Shown here in pieces: positions 1-8,454 of a DNA stretch of 64,000 nt. Both the position numbers and the translations under genes were made by a program. How positions within the stretch are numbered: position 1 is the stretch's first letter; each line of letters begins with the position of its first letter. Below the pieces are notes generated by a model that saw only the letters and a program-made list of their open reading frames with translations, was not told the origin of the DNA and made no database searches. Origin of the DNA: Oscillospiraceae bacterium (GTDB taxonomy: Bacteria > Bacillota_I > Bacilli_A > RF39 > UBA660); assembly GCA_963632935.1 (NCBI GenBank), contig CAVGWA010000003.1:5444-69443 (forward strand), given 5' to 3'.

Positions 1-552
1 GAAGATACTAGAGTCTCAGAGCTTTATACTAAGATGAAAACATTTATCCAAATTAATTTTACAGTAGGTTTATCAAAAGATGATGAATTATATAAGATAT
101 ATGAACTTACTGATAGAAAAACCAAAGATAAATATATTGATAATTTAGTCATCTTAGAATATAATATTAATAAAGCTTTGAAGCTTTGGAAAGATGGTAA
201 TGAAGAATATTCATTTTTAGCTCTTTTTGAAGCTGATGAAGAACAGTTAAATAAGATGGCTAAAGGGAGTGGTTTTGTGGATAAGGTAAGAGGAGAAATT
301 GTTAGACTTAATAAGAATCAAAGATTTTCAGAATTTTTAACAGCTGAGGAAGAAGAGGCAAAATATAAAGCAACAATTAAATATAATGCGAAAAAAGAGG
401 GTCTTGAGGAAGGTCGTGTACAAGGACGCACAGAAGGACGTGCTGAGGAAAGAATCGATATTGCAAAAGAATTACTTAAAGATGGTATGGACGTACAGAA
501 AATAGCAAAGATAACAAAATTAGATATTAAACAAATAGAAGAATTACAATAA
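1..552 (+). CDS. Rpn family recombination-promoting nuclease/putative transposase, C-terminal part (5' end off-window)
   Basis: The frame is open from base 1 (EDTRVSELYTK then MKTFIQINF...), so the CDS starts upstream of the window. The C-terminal region has the EGRVQGRTEGRAEERIDIAKELLKDGMDVQKIAKITKL pattern typical of Rpn/YhgA-like proteins. The PD-(D/E)XK nuclease part is not visible. Confidence 0.6.
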   Translation, partial: EDTRVSELYTKMKTFIQINFTVGLSKDDELYKIYELTDRKTKDKYIDNLVILEYNINKALKLWKDGNEEYSFLALFEADEEQLNKMAKGSGFVDKVRGEIVRLNKNQRFSEFLTAEEEEAKYKATIKYNAKKEGLEEGRVQGRTEGRAEERIDIAKELLKDGMDVQKIAKITKLDIKQIEELQ

Positions 553-597
553 ATTAATAATAATCCTTAAAAAATCAAACTACACATATGATATGAA

Positions 598-632
598 CCC
601 CGTTTCTTAGACAAAATAGAAACGAGGTTTTT
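598..632 (+). terminator. Rho-independent terminator candidate after the Rpn gene
   Basis: Stem ccccgtttct (598-607) pairs with agaaacgagg (618-627) with one mismatch and is followed by T5 (628-632). Confidence 0.5.
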
Positions 633-691
633 ATATTAAAATTTTTGACAGTTAAGTATGAAAATATTAAAAAAGTCTTTGTTTATAAGGT

Positions 692-1546
692 TTACTGAAA
701 ATGAAAAAATGCATACAACCTAATAAAATTTATTTTTTTTACTTTTATGAGTTTAGCATGCATTACAACTCGTTCCCTACCATTTATGTCCTTGCAAGTA
801 GATAAGGTAAGCACTTTATCATTAGTGGTAACATCAGTATTAAAATTTTTTAAATTTCCATTTTTAATTGTTTGTAAAAATTCATCATAATTATTATCAA
901 AATATGTAGTTATATAATAACTTTCTGCTTTTATACTATAAACACTAAATACTCGCCAAAGTGTATTTTCATAAGGGGTTGAAAATTTAATAACATAGTT
1001 ATCTTTGTTGTCATACCATTTACTTTTCAAAATATTTTTAAGGCTACCAAACATTGTGTTATTTAATCTTCCATGTGCATATATAATTGTATTTTTATCA
1101 AAATCTTTCATGTTATTGCGATAATCAGCAAAAACCCATCCAGCTGAATTTCTACTTTTATCATATGCATGACTTAAATAGTATATATTATTGCTATTTT
1201 GAACAACTGGATAATTTATATTAGTTCCATTTAATTTATAAAGCCAACTGTATCAGAATTGATTTTTAAAAGTTCATTAAAATTTACATTAAGCATATTC
1301 ATCTTAATATATTTAAAGTAATCATCGTCTTTATCACTAGGTGGATTTATATTTTCTCCACTTGCTTTTTTCTCTCCTACATATTTATTTATATTAGCAC
1401 TAATTCTTTTACTACTATTGTTTTCTTTGTTCCAAGTGAACAATTTATATGAACAAAATAAAAACACACAAAAAGATATTATAAATAACAATGTATTAAT
1501 TCTTTTTAAAATTTTTTCTTTTATAATAATAAATTATTGATTCCAT
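692..1546 (-). pseudogene. srtB: Class B sortase, disrupted by two frame breaks
   Basis: The minus-strand translation is sortase B-like but lies in three frame segments. Segment 1 starts at ATG 1546 with a GGTGAA RBS (MESIIYYYKRK..). Segment 2 is the TTG ORF 1491-1231 (LLFIISFCVFLFCSYKLF membrane anchor ... LLKINSDTVGF). Segment 3 ends at 692 (..LYKLNGTNINYPVVQNSNNIYYLSH..WVFADYRN..TIIYAHG..TLSTC..R). The breaks map to the T6 run at 1512-1517 and to about 1240-1248. Confidence 0.65.
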
Positions 1547-1639
1547 TTTGTTCACCTAAACCAATTATAACATTATAGACTATTTTTGACATAATTAAAT
1601 AAAGTGTATATAATATGCATACATAAGGGGTGATTTATA

Positions 1640-2755
1640 ATGATTAAAACTTCACTGGATACTGGATATGGTAACAAATTATTTTATAACGAAAATTATT
1701 TTAAAAGCAATTTAGAAGATCTACTTATTTTTCTAGAAGATTTAGATTATATGCATACTTTAAAATTTGCAAAAGAAATTATGCTTCCAGAGGAGATAAA
1801 GGCTAATAATAATATTGAAGGAATAAGAGATGATTTATCTGAAATTGGTAAGGTTATAAAGAATAAAAACTGTGATAAAATGAGTGCGAGAATAACTAAT
1901 TTATATCAAGGATATAGACATATACTATCACATCATGTGATTGACAAAGAAAGTTTAAAAGTATTATATGCGATATTAAGTAAGGATTTGTTAAGTAAAG
2001 AAGATATTAATAATATGGGAGAATATTATAGAACTAAACCAGTTTATATTGACAATAGATTAGATAGAGATTTTCCTATTATGGGTATGGATGCCGAAAA
2101 AATAGATTATTACATGGATCAATTTTTTGAATATGTTAATGAAGACAATACAAATAATGAAATGGAAGATTTTATTAAATCACAAGTCATGCATTTTTAT
2201 TTTGTTCATATTCATCCTTATTTTGATGTAAATGGAAGAACTAGTAGAACAACTTCTATGTGGTATTTACTTAATCATGAAGCATATCCATATATTATTT
2301 TAAATAAAGCTATTACCTTTGATACTAAAAATTATGAAGATAGTATAAAAGCTGGTAGACAACGTGGTGATGTCACTTTATTTTTAAAATATATGATATG
2401 TCAGGTTCATAAGGCTTTAGAAAAGAAACATGTTATAAATAATATTAAAAATTTTGATAATTTATCTAAAGAAGATTGTCAAATGCTTGAATATTTGCTT
2501 TCATTAAATGGTACACTTACTATAAAAGATTTAGTTACCATATATAATAGATACAACAGAAAGAAAAAGCCAATAGAACTTACAACCAGTATTATTGATT
2601 CACTTATAGATAAAGAAATCATTTTAGATTTAGGGCCTACAAAAAAATATATTACACCTGAAAGACATAACTCTCATATAGCCTTAAATAAGAATGTAGT
2701 GGATGTTAATCCTAAGAAATTAAAGTATTTAAAAATTGATAAATATTTGGGCTAA
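1640..2755 (+). CDS. Fic family protein (AMPylase-type fold) with a C-terminal winged-helix-like region
   Basis: The Fic core motif is present as HIHPYFDVNGRTSRT (canonical HPFx[D/E]GNGRxxR). There is an N-terminal NNNIEGI element like the Fic_N/inhibitory-helix region. The RBS is GGGGTG, upstream of the ATG at 1640. Confidence 0.85.
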   Translation: MIKTSLDTGYGNKLFYNENYFKSNLEDLLIFLEDLDYMHTLKFAKEIMLPEEIKANNNIEGIRDDLSEIGKVIKNKNCDKMSARITNLYQGYRHILSHHVIDKESLKVLYAILSKDLLSKEDINNMGEYYRTKPVYIDNRLDRDFPIMGMDAEKIDYYMDQFFEYVNEDNTNNEMEDFIKSQVMHFYFVHIHPYFDVNGRTSRTTSMWYLLNHEAYPYIILNKAITFDTKNYEDSIKAGRQRGDVTLFLKYMICQVHKALEKKHVINNIKNFDNLSKEDCQMLEYLLSLNGTLTIKDLVTIYNRYNRKKKPIELTTSIIDSLIDKEIILDLGPTKKYITPERHNSHIALNKNVVDVNPKKLKYLKIDKYLG

Positions 2756-2778
2756 AAATAACGTTTTTAGCCCTTTTT
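2749..2778 (+). terminator. Rho-independent terminator of the Fic gene
   Basis: A perfect 10-bp stem gggctaaaaa (2749-2758) / tttttagccc (2764-2773) with loop taacg is followed by T5. Confidence 0.65.
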
Positions 2779-2793
2779 AAAACAAAAAAATTA

Positions 2794-2822
2794 TTGAAAT
2801 GATGACAACATAATGTTATAAT
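2794..2822 (+). promoter_or_regulatory. Sigma-A type promoter candidate for mutM-pyk
   Basis: TTGAAA (2794-2799), a 17-nt spacer, and the extended -10 TGtTATAAT (2814-2822). Confidence 0.45.
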
Positions 2823-2865
2823 TGTTAAGGCGGTTAGGTGATGTGTATTAAAAGTGGGTGGTTTT

Positions 2866-3687
2866 ATGCCAGAATTACCTGAAGTTGAAAATGTTAAAAA
2901 ATTTTTAAAAAGTAAGGTAAAAGGTAAAAAGATAGTTTCTGCTAAAGTTTATTGGAATAATATAATAGCATATCCTTCAAAATGTGAATTTGAAGAAAAA
3001 ATAAAAAATCAAACAATTAATAACATTTTAAGAAAAGGTAAATGGTTAATGTTTGAACTTGATGATTATTTTTTACTTTCGCATTTAAGAATGGAAGGAA
3101 AATATTTAATAAGAAATAAAGGCAATTTAAAAGAAAAGCATCAACACGTTATTTTTACCTTTTCTGATAATACTGATTTAAGATACCATGATACAAGAAA
3201 GTTTGGGAAAATGTATTTAATTAAAAAAGATGAAGTTTATAATGTTAAACCTTTAAAAGATTTAGGGCTAGAACCATGGGATGATAAATTAACTTGTGAT
3301 TATTTAAAAAACAAATTAAAAAAACAGCCCATTAAATCTGAACTTTTAGATCAAAGTATTATTACTGGAATTGGAAATATATATGCGGATGAAATTTTAT
3401 TTTTAGCTAAGATAAATCCATTAACGCAAGGATCAAATTTAAATGATACTGATTTAGAAAATATTATTAAATACACTAAAAAAGTTTTAGAAAGTGCTAT
3501 TAAATATGGTGGAACTACAGTAAAATCTTATACATCTTCTGAAGGTGTTCATGGAAGATTTCAAGATAAGCTTTTAATACATACTAAAGAAGTATGCCCG
3601 GTATGTAATTCGAAAGTTAAAAAAATAACCGTAAAAGGGCGTGGAACTTATTATTGTGAAAAATGTCAGAAGGAGAAGTATTTATGA
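2866..3687 (+). CDS. mutM: Formamidopyrimidine-DNA glycosylase (Fpg/MutM)
   Basis: The N-terminus MPELPEVE is present; the catalytic Pro2 requires the ATG at 2866, not the GTG at 2854. H2TH region. The C-terminal zinc finger reads CPVCNSK...YYCEKCQ. Confidence 0.9.
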   Translation: MPELPEVENVKKFLKSKVKGKKIVSAKVYWNNIIAYPSKCEFEEKIKNQTINNILRKGKWLMFELDDYFLLSHLRMEGKYLIRNKGNLKEKHQHVIFTFSDNTDLRYHDTRKFGKMYLIKKDEVYNVKPLKDLGLEPWDDKLTCDYLKNKLKKQPIKSELLDQSIITGIGNIYADEILFLAKINPLTQGSNLNDTDLENIIKYTKKVLESAIKYGGTTVKSYTSSEGVHGRFQDKLLIHTKEVCPVCNSKVKKITVKGRGTYYCEKCQKEKYL

Positions 3688-5120
3688 AAAAAACAAAAAT
3701 TATATGTTCAATTGGTCCAAGCAGTGCCAAATATGAAGTTTTTAAACAAATGGTTAAAAATGGTATGAATGTTGCTAGAATTAATTTTTCTCATGCTACT
3801 TTAGAAGAAAAACAAACAGCACTTTCATTAGTTAAAAGAGCAAATGAGGATAGTGAATTAAATGCTCATGTTGCTGTTTTATATGATACTAAAGGTCCTG
3901 ATTTCCGTACAGGTAAAATGACTGATGGTAAAATAGAACTTAAAAATGGTCAATTAATTGATATTGTTAAGGATGATATTTTAGGTACTGAAGAAGCTTT
4001 TACTGTAAATTACAAAGATGCTTTAGATAGTATTAGTGTTGGAAATGAAATTTTATTAGAAGATGGTCTAATGAAATTAAAAGTTAAGGAAAAAATTAGT
4101 AATGGTTTAAGATGTGAAATTATTGATGGCGGAACATTAGGCGATAGAAAAGGTGTTAATGTTCCAGGGGTAAATTTAAATTTAGATTTTATAAGTGAAC
4201 AAGATAAAGAAGATATTATTTATGCTTGTAAAAATGAGGGTGATTTTTTAGCTTTATCATTTGTTAGTTCTGCTGAAGATGTATATGAAGTTAGAAAATT
4301 ATTAAAAGAGCAAGGTAGAGAAGATATGCAGATTATTTCTAAGGTTGAAAGTTGGGCTGCAATTCAAAATATTGATTCTATTATTAAAGCTAGTGATGGT
4401 ATTATGGTTGCTCGTGGTGATTTAGGTGTAGAAGTTGCTATGGATAAATTACCAATATTACAAAAACAAATAATTGAAAAATGTCGTGTTATTGGACGTA
4501 CTGTTGTCGTAGCAACTGAAATGCTAGCATCTATGTATACAAGTGCAAGACCTACAAGAGCTGAAGTTTCAGATGTTGCTAATGCCGTATTAGATGGAAC
4601 AGATGCAGTTATGTTATCTGGAGAAACTACAATTGGTACTCATCCTGCTGATGCTGTTAAATTTATGGCTGAAGCATGTAAAACTGCTGAAGATTATTAT
4701 GATTATAAAGCTCAAAAATCTTATGCTAGAGTTAATAATATTCCAAGTATTATAGCTCATAATGCTGTTGAAACTGCTAATTTAATTGATGTTAAATTAA
4801 TAGTTTGTGCAACTGCTAGTGGTTATACTGCTAAATTAATAGGTACTCAAAAACCTAAATCATATGTTATAGCAGCTTGCCCTAGTGAAGATATTGCTCA
4901 TTCACTTGCTTTAAATTATGGAGTTTATCCTGTTGTTTCTAAAAACTATGATGATATGGAAGCTTTAGTAAGAGAATGTAAAAAAATAGCTACTAATTTC
5001 ACTTCTTTAGAAGAAGGCAATCATGTTTTAGTTACTGGTGGTTATCCAAGTATACATGCTCCAAAATCAACTAATTTCTTAAAGGTTGAGACTATAACAA
5101 AAGATGACATTAACGAATAA
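3684..5120 (+). CDS. pyk: Pyruvate kinase
   Basis: MKKTKIICSIGP..., NVARINFSH, MVARGDLGVE and GETTIG motifs. AAGGAG RBS. The ATG at 3684 overlaps the mutM stop codon (ATGA). Confidence 0.92.
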   Translation: MKKTKIICSIGPSSAKYEVFKQMVKNGMNVARINFSHATLEEKQTALSLVKRANEDSELNAHVAVLYDTKGPDFRTGKMTDGKIELKNGQLIDIVKDDILGTEEAFTVNYKDALDSISVGNEILLEDGLMKLKVKEKISNGLRCEIIDGGTLGDRKGVNVPGVNLNLDFISEQDKEDIIYACKNEGDFLALSFVSSAEDVYEVRKLLKEQGREDMQIISKVESWAAIQNIDSIIKASDGIMVARGDLGVEVAMDKLPILQKQIIEKCRVIGRTVVVATEMLASMYTSARPTRAEVSDVANAVLDGTDAVMLSGETTIGTHPADAVKFMAEACKTAEDYYDYKAQKSYARVNNIPSIIAHNAVETANLIDVKLIVCATASGYTAKLIGTQKPKSYVIAACPSEDIAHSLALNYGVYPVVSKNYDDMEALVRECKKIATNFTSLEEGNHVLVTGGYPSIHAPKSTNFLKVETITKDDINE

Positions 5121-6210
5121 TCACCTTATGTTGATATTCGTTTAGAATGTCATCTTTTTTTCTTAAATTATAAATATCACTAACTCTTTTTTCTAAATAA
5201 AGATCTTCACTATATTTTGTTATAATCGGTATCATACATCTTTTTTTAATTTCATTTAAATATTTTCTTCCATTTTTATTAAACCCTAAAATTCTTATAT
5301 AACTTATATTCTTAAACTTTTTAGCTTCTTCTTTTGTAAAATTACATAATATATGTAGATACATCCTTTTTAATTTATTATAAGTGTATCTTTTTGATTT
5401 TGTTAATTTTATTAACTCATCAATATTATTTGCCTTATAAATTACTTTTTTAATTTTATTTTCTATTCCTTCATCAACGTCCATATATATACTTAAATTA
5501 CTAGATGTTATTATCTTATATTTTAATAAATCAAAATAATCATCAAAATAATGTGGATTTTTTAAACCTTTTAAACTTTCTTTAGGAACACTTTTTGTAA
5601 TATCTTTTTTTTCTTTTAAAGCATTTCTAATACTTGTCCCACTTGATATATTTTCTAAATTTAAATCATGATAATTATTAGTTCTTTTAATACATTTAAT
5701 TTCAACATTTGGTAAATTTCTAATATAACCAAGACCTAACAGATCATTTGGTTTGTCATCTAAATAAAGATTAAAATCATTAAGAGCAAGGGCCATACTT
5801 TTAGGATAATTAAATCCTTTTTTTAAATAAAATTTAACCTTATCATCATATTCTTTTTTCTTTTGTACATTAACTATTTTTTTTAAATAATTTATATCAC
5901 CAGTTTCACTACCAAAAACAAAAGCATCAATATCTAAATATTTTAATATCTCACATGAAGCTTTAGTAAAAACATCAGCTGATTGACTGCCATAAGCAAA
6001 TGGCAGTTCTACAACTAAATCAACATAATTTAAAGCTACTTTTGCTTTTTCCCATTTATTTATTAAACTAACATCTCCTCTTTGAGTATAATCTCCATTA
6101 ATCACTGCAATTATTATATAATCAGGATACATTTTTTTAATTTCATTTATATGATATAAATGGCCATTATGAAATGGATTATATTCACATATTATTCCAA
6201 CACTTTTCAT
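5110..6210 (-). CDS. tmcAL: tRNA(Met) cytidine acetate ligase (TmcAL/YlbM, UPF0348 nucleotidyltransferase)
   Basis: The N-terminus GIICEYNPFHNGHLYHI (HxGH nucleotidyltransferase motif) and the length of about 366 aa are typical of this family. It converges on pyk with an 11-nt overlap. Confidence 0.8.
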   Translation of the reverse strand: MKSVGIICEYNPFHNGHLYHINEIKKMYPDYIIIAVINGDYTQRGDVSLINKWEKAKVALNYVDLVVELPFAYGSQSADVFTKASCEILKYLDIDAFVFGSETGDINYLKKIVNVQKKKEYDDKVKFYLKKGFNYPKSMALALNDFNLYLDDKPNDLLGLGYIRNLPNVEIKCIKRTNNYHDLNLENISSGTSIRNALKEKKDITKSVPKESLKGLKNPHYFDDYFDLLKYKIITSSNLSIYMDVDEGIENKIKKVIYKANNIDELIKLTKSKRYTYNKLKRMYLHILCNFTKEEAKKFKNISYIRILGFNKNGRKYLNEIKKRCMIPIITKYSEDLYLEKRVSDIYNLRKKDDILNEYQHKVIIR

Positions 6211-6261
6211 ATCATCAGCTCCACTTAAAGTATTTTAACAGTTAAATCTTTATATTGTCAA

Positions 6262-6290
6262 TTGACACTAAAAAAGAAAGTAAGTATAAT
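6262..6290 (+). promoter_or_regulatory. Consensus sigma-A promoter of the pseudopilin gene, overlapped by a 12-bp palindrome
   Basis: TTGACA (6262-6267), a 17-nt spacer, TATAAT (6285-6290). The perfect palindrome TGTCAATTGACA (6256-6267) covers the -35 element. Confidence 0.55.
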
Positions 6291-6307
6291 TTGAAATAGG
6301 TGATAGT

Positions 6308-6679
6308 ATGAAAAAGGGTTTTACTTTAATAGAATTACTCGCAGTAATTATTATATTGGGTATTATTGCGACAATAGCAGTTCCAAGTATAATTGGAATT
6401 ATTAATAGTTCTAAAGAAGATACTTTAGAGGAACAAAAAAGAATTGTTGTTGAAGCTACTAAAAGATGGGGTACTGATAATTCTAGTAAACTGCCTTCAA
6501 ATTCTTGCGATATGACTATATCTAGGTTAAAGTCTGAAGGTTATATAAGTAGTGATAAAAGTGTTACTAATCCAACAACGGGTAAAGAAATGACTGGATG
6601 CGTTAGAATAAAATTTGATGAAAATAATAATCAATATAAATATGTGTATGAGAATGTTTGTAAAAATGAATGTAGTTAG
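6308..6679 (+). CDS. Prepilin-type N-terminal cleavage/methylation domain protein (type IV pilin or ComG-like pseudopilin)
   Basis: MKKG|FTLIELLAVIIILGIIA: class III signal peptide with G-1, F+1 and E+5. There are four Cys residues in the C-terminal half. Confidence 0.8.
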   Translation: MKKGFTLIELLAVIIILGIIATIAVPSIIGIINSSKEDTLEEQKRIVVEATKRWGTDNSSKLPSNSCDMTISRLKSEGYISSDKSVTNPTTGKEMTGCVRIKFDENNNQYKYVYENVCKNECS

Positions 6680-6688
6680 AGGTATATT

Positions 6689-7105
6689 ATGATTAAAAAA
6701 ATTTATTTAAAATATGAAGAAATTATTAATTATGTAATTGTTGGAGGATGTACTACTTTAATTAATTTAGTTGTTTATTTTGTGCTTATTAATACTATAT
6801 TTTCGGCTAAAGGAAATTTAGATATTCAAATTGCAAATGTAATAGCGTGGATTTGTTCCGTTTTATTTGCTTATGTTACAAATAGAAAGTTTGTTTTTAA
6901 AAGTAGCACAAAGGGTAGAGAAAAATTAAAAGAAATAAGTAGTTTCTTTGGTTCAAGAGTTGTTTCCCTTATTATGGATATTGCTTTAATGTTTATACTT
7001 TATAGTGTTATGCATATAAATGATACAATAAGTAAATTAATTGACCAAGTAGTCATTATAGTAGCAAATTATGTTCTAGCAAAACTGTTAGTTTTTAAAA
7101 AATAA
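6689..7105 (+). CDS. GtrA family membrane protein
   Basis: 138 aa with 4 predicted TM helices. YVIVGGCTTLINLVVYF and TNRKFVFK motifs are typical of GtrA-like proteins. Confidence 0.75.
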   Translation: MIKKIYLKYEEIINYVIVGGCTTLINLVVYFVLINTIFSAKGNLDIQIANVIAWICSVLFAYVTNRKFVFKSSTKGREKLKEISSFFGSRVVSLIMDIALMFILYSVMHINDTISKLIDQVVIIVANYVLAKLLVFKK

Positions 7106-7157
7106 ACAGTTTTTTTCTTTTTTCGACAAAATTCGACATGGTAAATATTGTAAAATA

Positions 7158-8381
7158 ATGTCGGTGATAGAAATGGAATTTTTTGATACTTTGCTTTTAG
7201 ATTTGATTTTAGCTGGTATGCCTTTAACTGTATATTTGCTTTATATTGCTTATGCGAAAACTTTTAATAAAAAAGAAGGAGATTTATTAATTGTTGTAAC
7301 TGTTTTTTCTAGTTTATATTTAATTTTAAAATATGCAAGACCTTTATATAAGGGAATGCCATTTATTGTTATTAACATTCCTTTGTTACTTGCTTATTTA
7401 AAAAAATCAAATTTTTCTGCTTTAATTACTTCATTTATTATGGTTCTATATTATTATAATTTTTATAATGATTATCTAATTATTTTAATTTTAGAATATT
7501 TATTCTATTATTTATTTTATTTAAAAATCTCTTTAAAAATGAATACATATATTTTAATTTTTTCATGTGCTAAAACTTTTATTACAATTTTACTTTTAAA
7601 AAATTATTTTATTAAAGAAATTATTGTTGGAATTTGTCTATATTTAATTTCTTCGTTTTTAATATATTTATTAAATCAAACTGAAAAAATATTAAATCTT
7701 CATATGACGGTAAAACAGATAGAAAATGATAAGCAAATTAAAACATCATTATTTAGAATAACACATGAAATTAAAAATCCTATCGCAGTTTGTAAAGGTT
7801 ATTTAGATATGTTTAATGTTAATAATTTAAATCATAGTAAAAAATATATACCTATTTTGAAAGAAGAAATTGATAGAACATTACTTTTACTAGAAGATTT
7901 TCTTGCAATGAACAAACTTAAAATTAATAAAGACATTATTGATATTAATATGCTTATTGAAGATGTTATTAAAAATATTGATTTATTATGTTTTAAAAAT
8001 AATATTAAGATTGTTAATAATATTATTGATGATGAAATATATATAAGTGCGGATTATAATAGATTAACTCAAGTTTTTATTAATGTTTTAAAAAATAGTA
8101 TTGAAGCTATGGATAAAAATAAAAAATGTAAAATTGAAATTGATGAAGTTTTAGAAAAAGGTAAAGTTATAATTACTATAAAAGATAATGGTGTTGGTAT
8201 GAGTGATAGTCTTTTAAGTAAAATAAAGCAACCATTTTATACTACTAAAAGAAAAGGTACTGGACTTGGTGTATCACTTTCCAATGAAATAATTCAAGCT
8301 CATGATGGAACCCTTTCTTATATTTCAAAGGAAAATGAATATACTAAGGTAATAATTACTTTGCCGGCTGAAGAATATTAA
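7158..8381 (+). CDS. Sensor histidine kinase with a polytopic membrane N-terminus; no cognate response regulator adjacent
   Basis: About 6 TM helices, then the HisKA H-box ITHEIKNPIAVCKGYLDM and HATPase_c N/G boxes (NVLKNSIEA, DNGVGM, GTGLGVSLS). Confidence 0.85.
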   Translation: MSVIEMEFFDTLLLDLILAGMPLTVYLLYIAYAKTFNKKEGDLLIVVTVFSSLYLILKYARPLYKGMPFIVINIPLLLAYLKKSNFSALITSFIMVLYYYNFYNDYLIILILEYLFYYLFYLKISLKMNTYILIFSCAKTFITILLLKNYFIKEIIVGICLYLISSFLIYLLNQTEKILNLHMTVKQIENDKQIKTSLFRITHEIKNPIAVCKGYLDMFNVNNLNHSKKYIPILKEEIDRTLLLLEDFLAMNKLKINKDIIDINMLIEDVIKNIDLLCFKNNIKIVNNIIDDEIYISADYNRLTQVFINVLKNSIEAMDKNKKCKIEIDEVLEKGKVIITIKDNGVGMSDSLLSKIKQPFYTTKRKGTGLGVSLSNEIIQAHDGTLSYISKENEYTKVIITLPAEEY

Positions 8382-8454
8382 GAAAGTACAGTAATATTAA
8401 ACAAATATTACTTTTTTGTGCTATAATAGGATTAATTTGTAGGGAGGTTTTATC

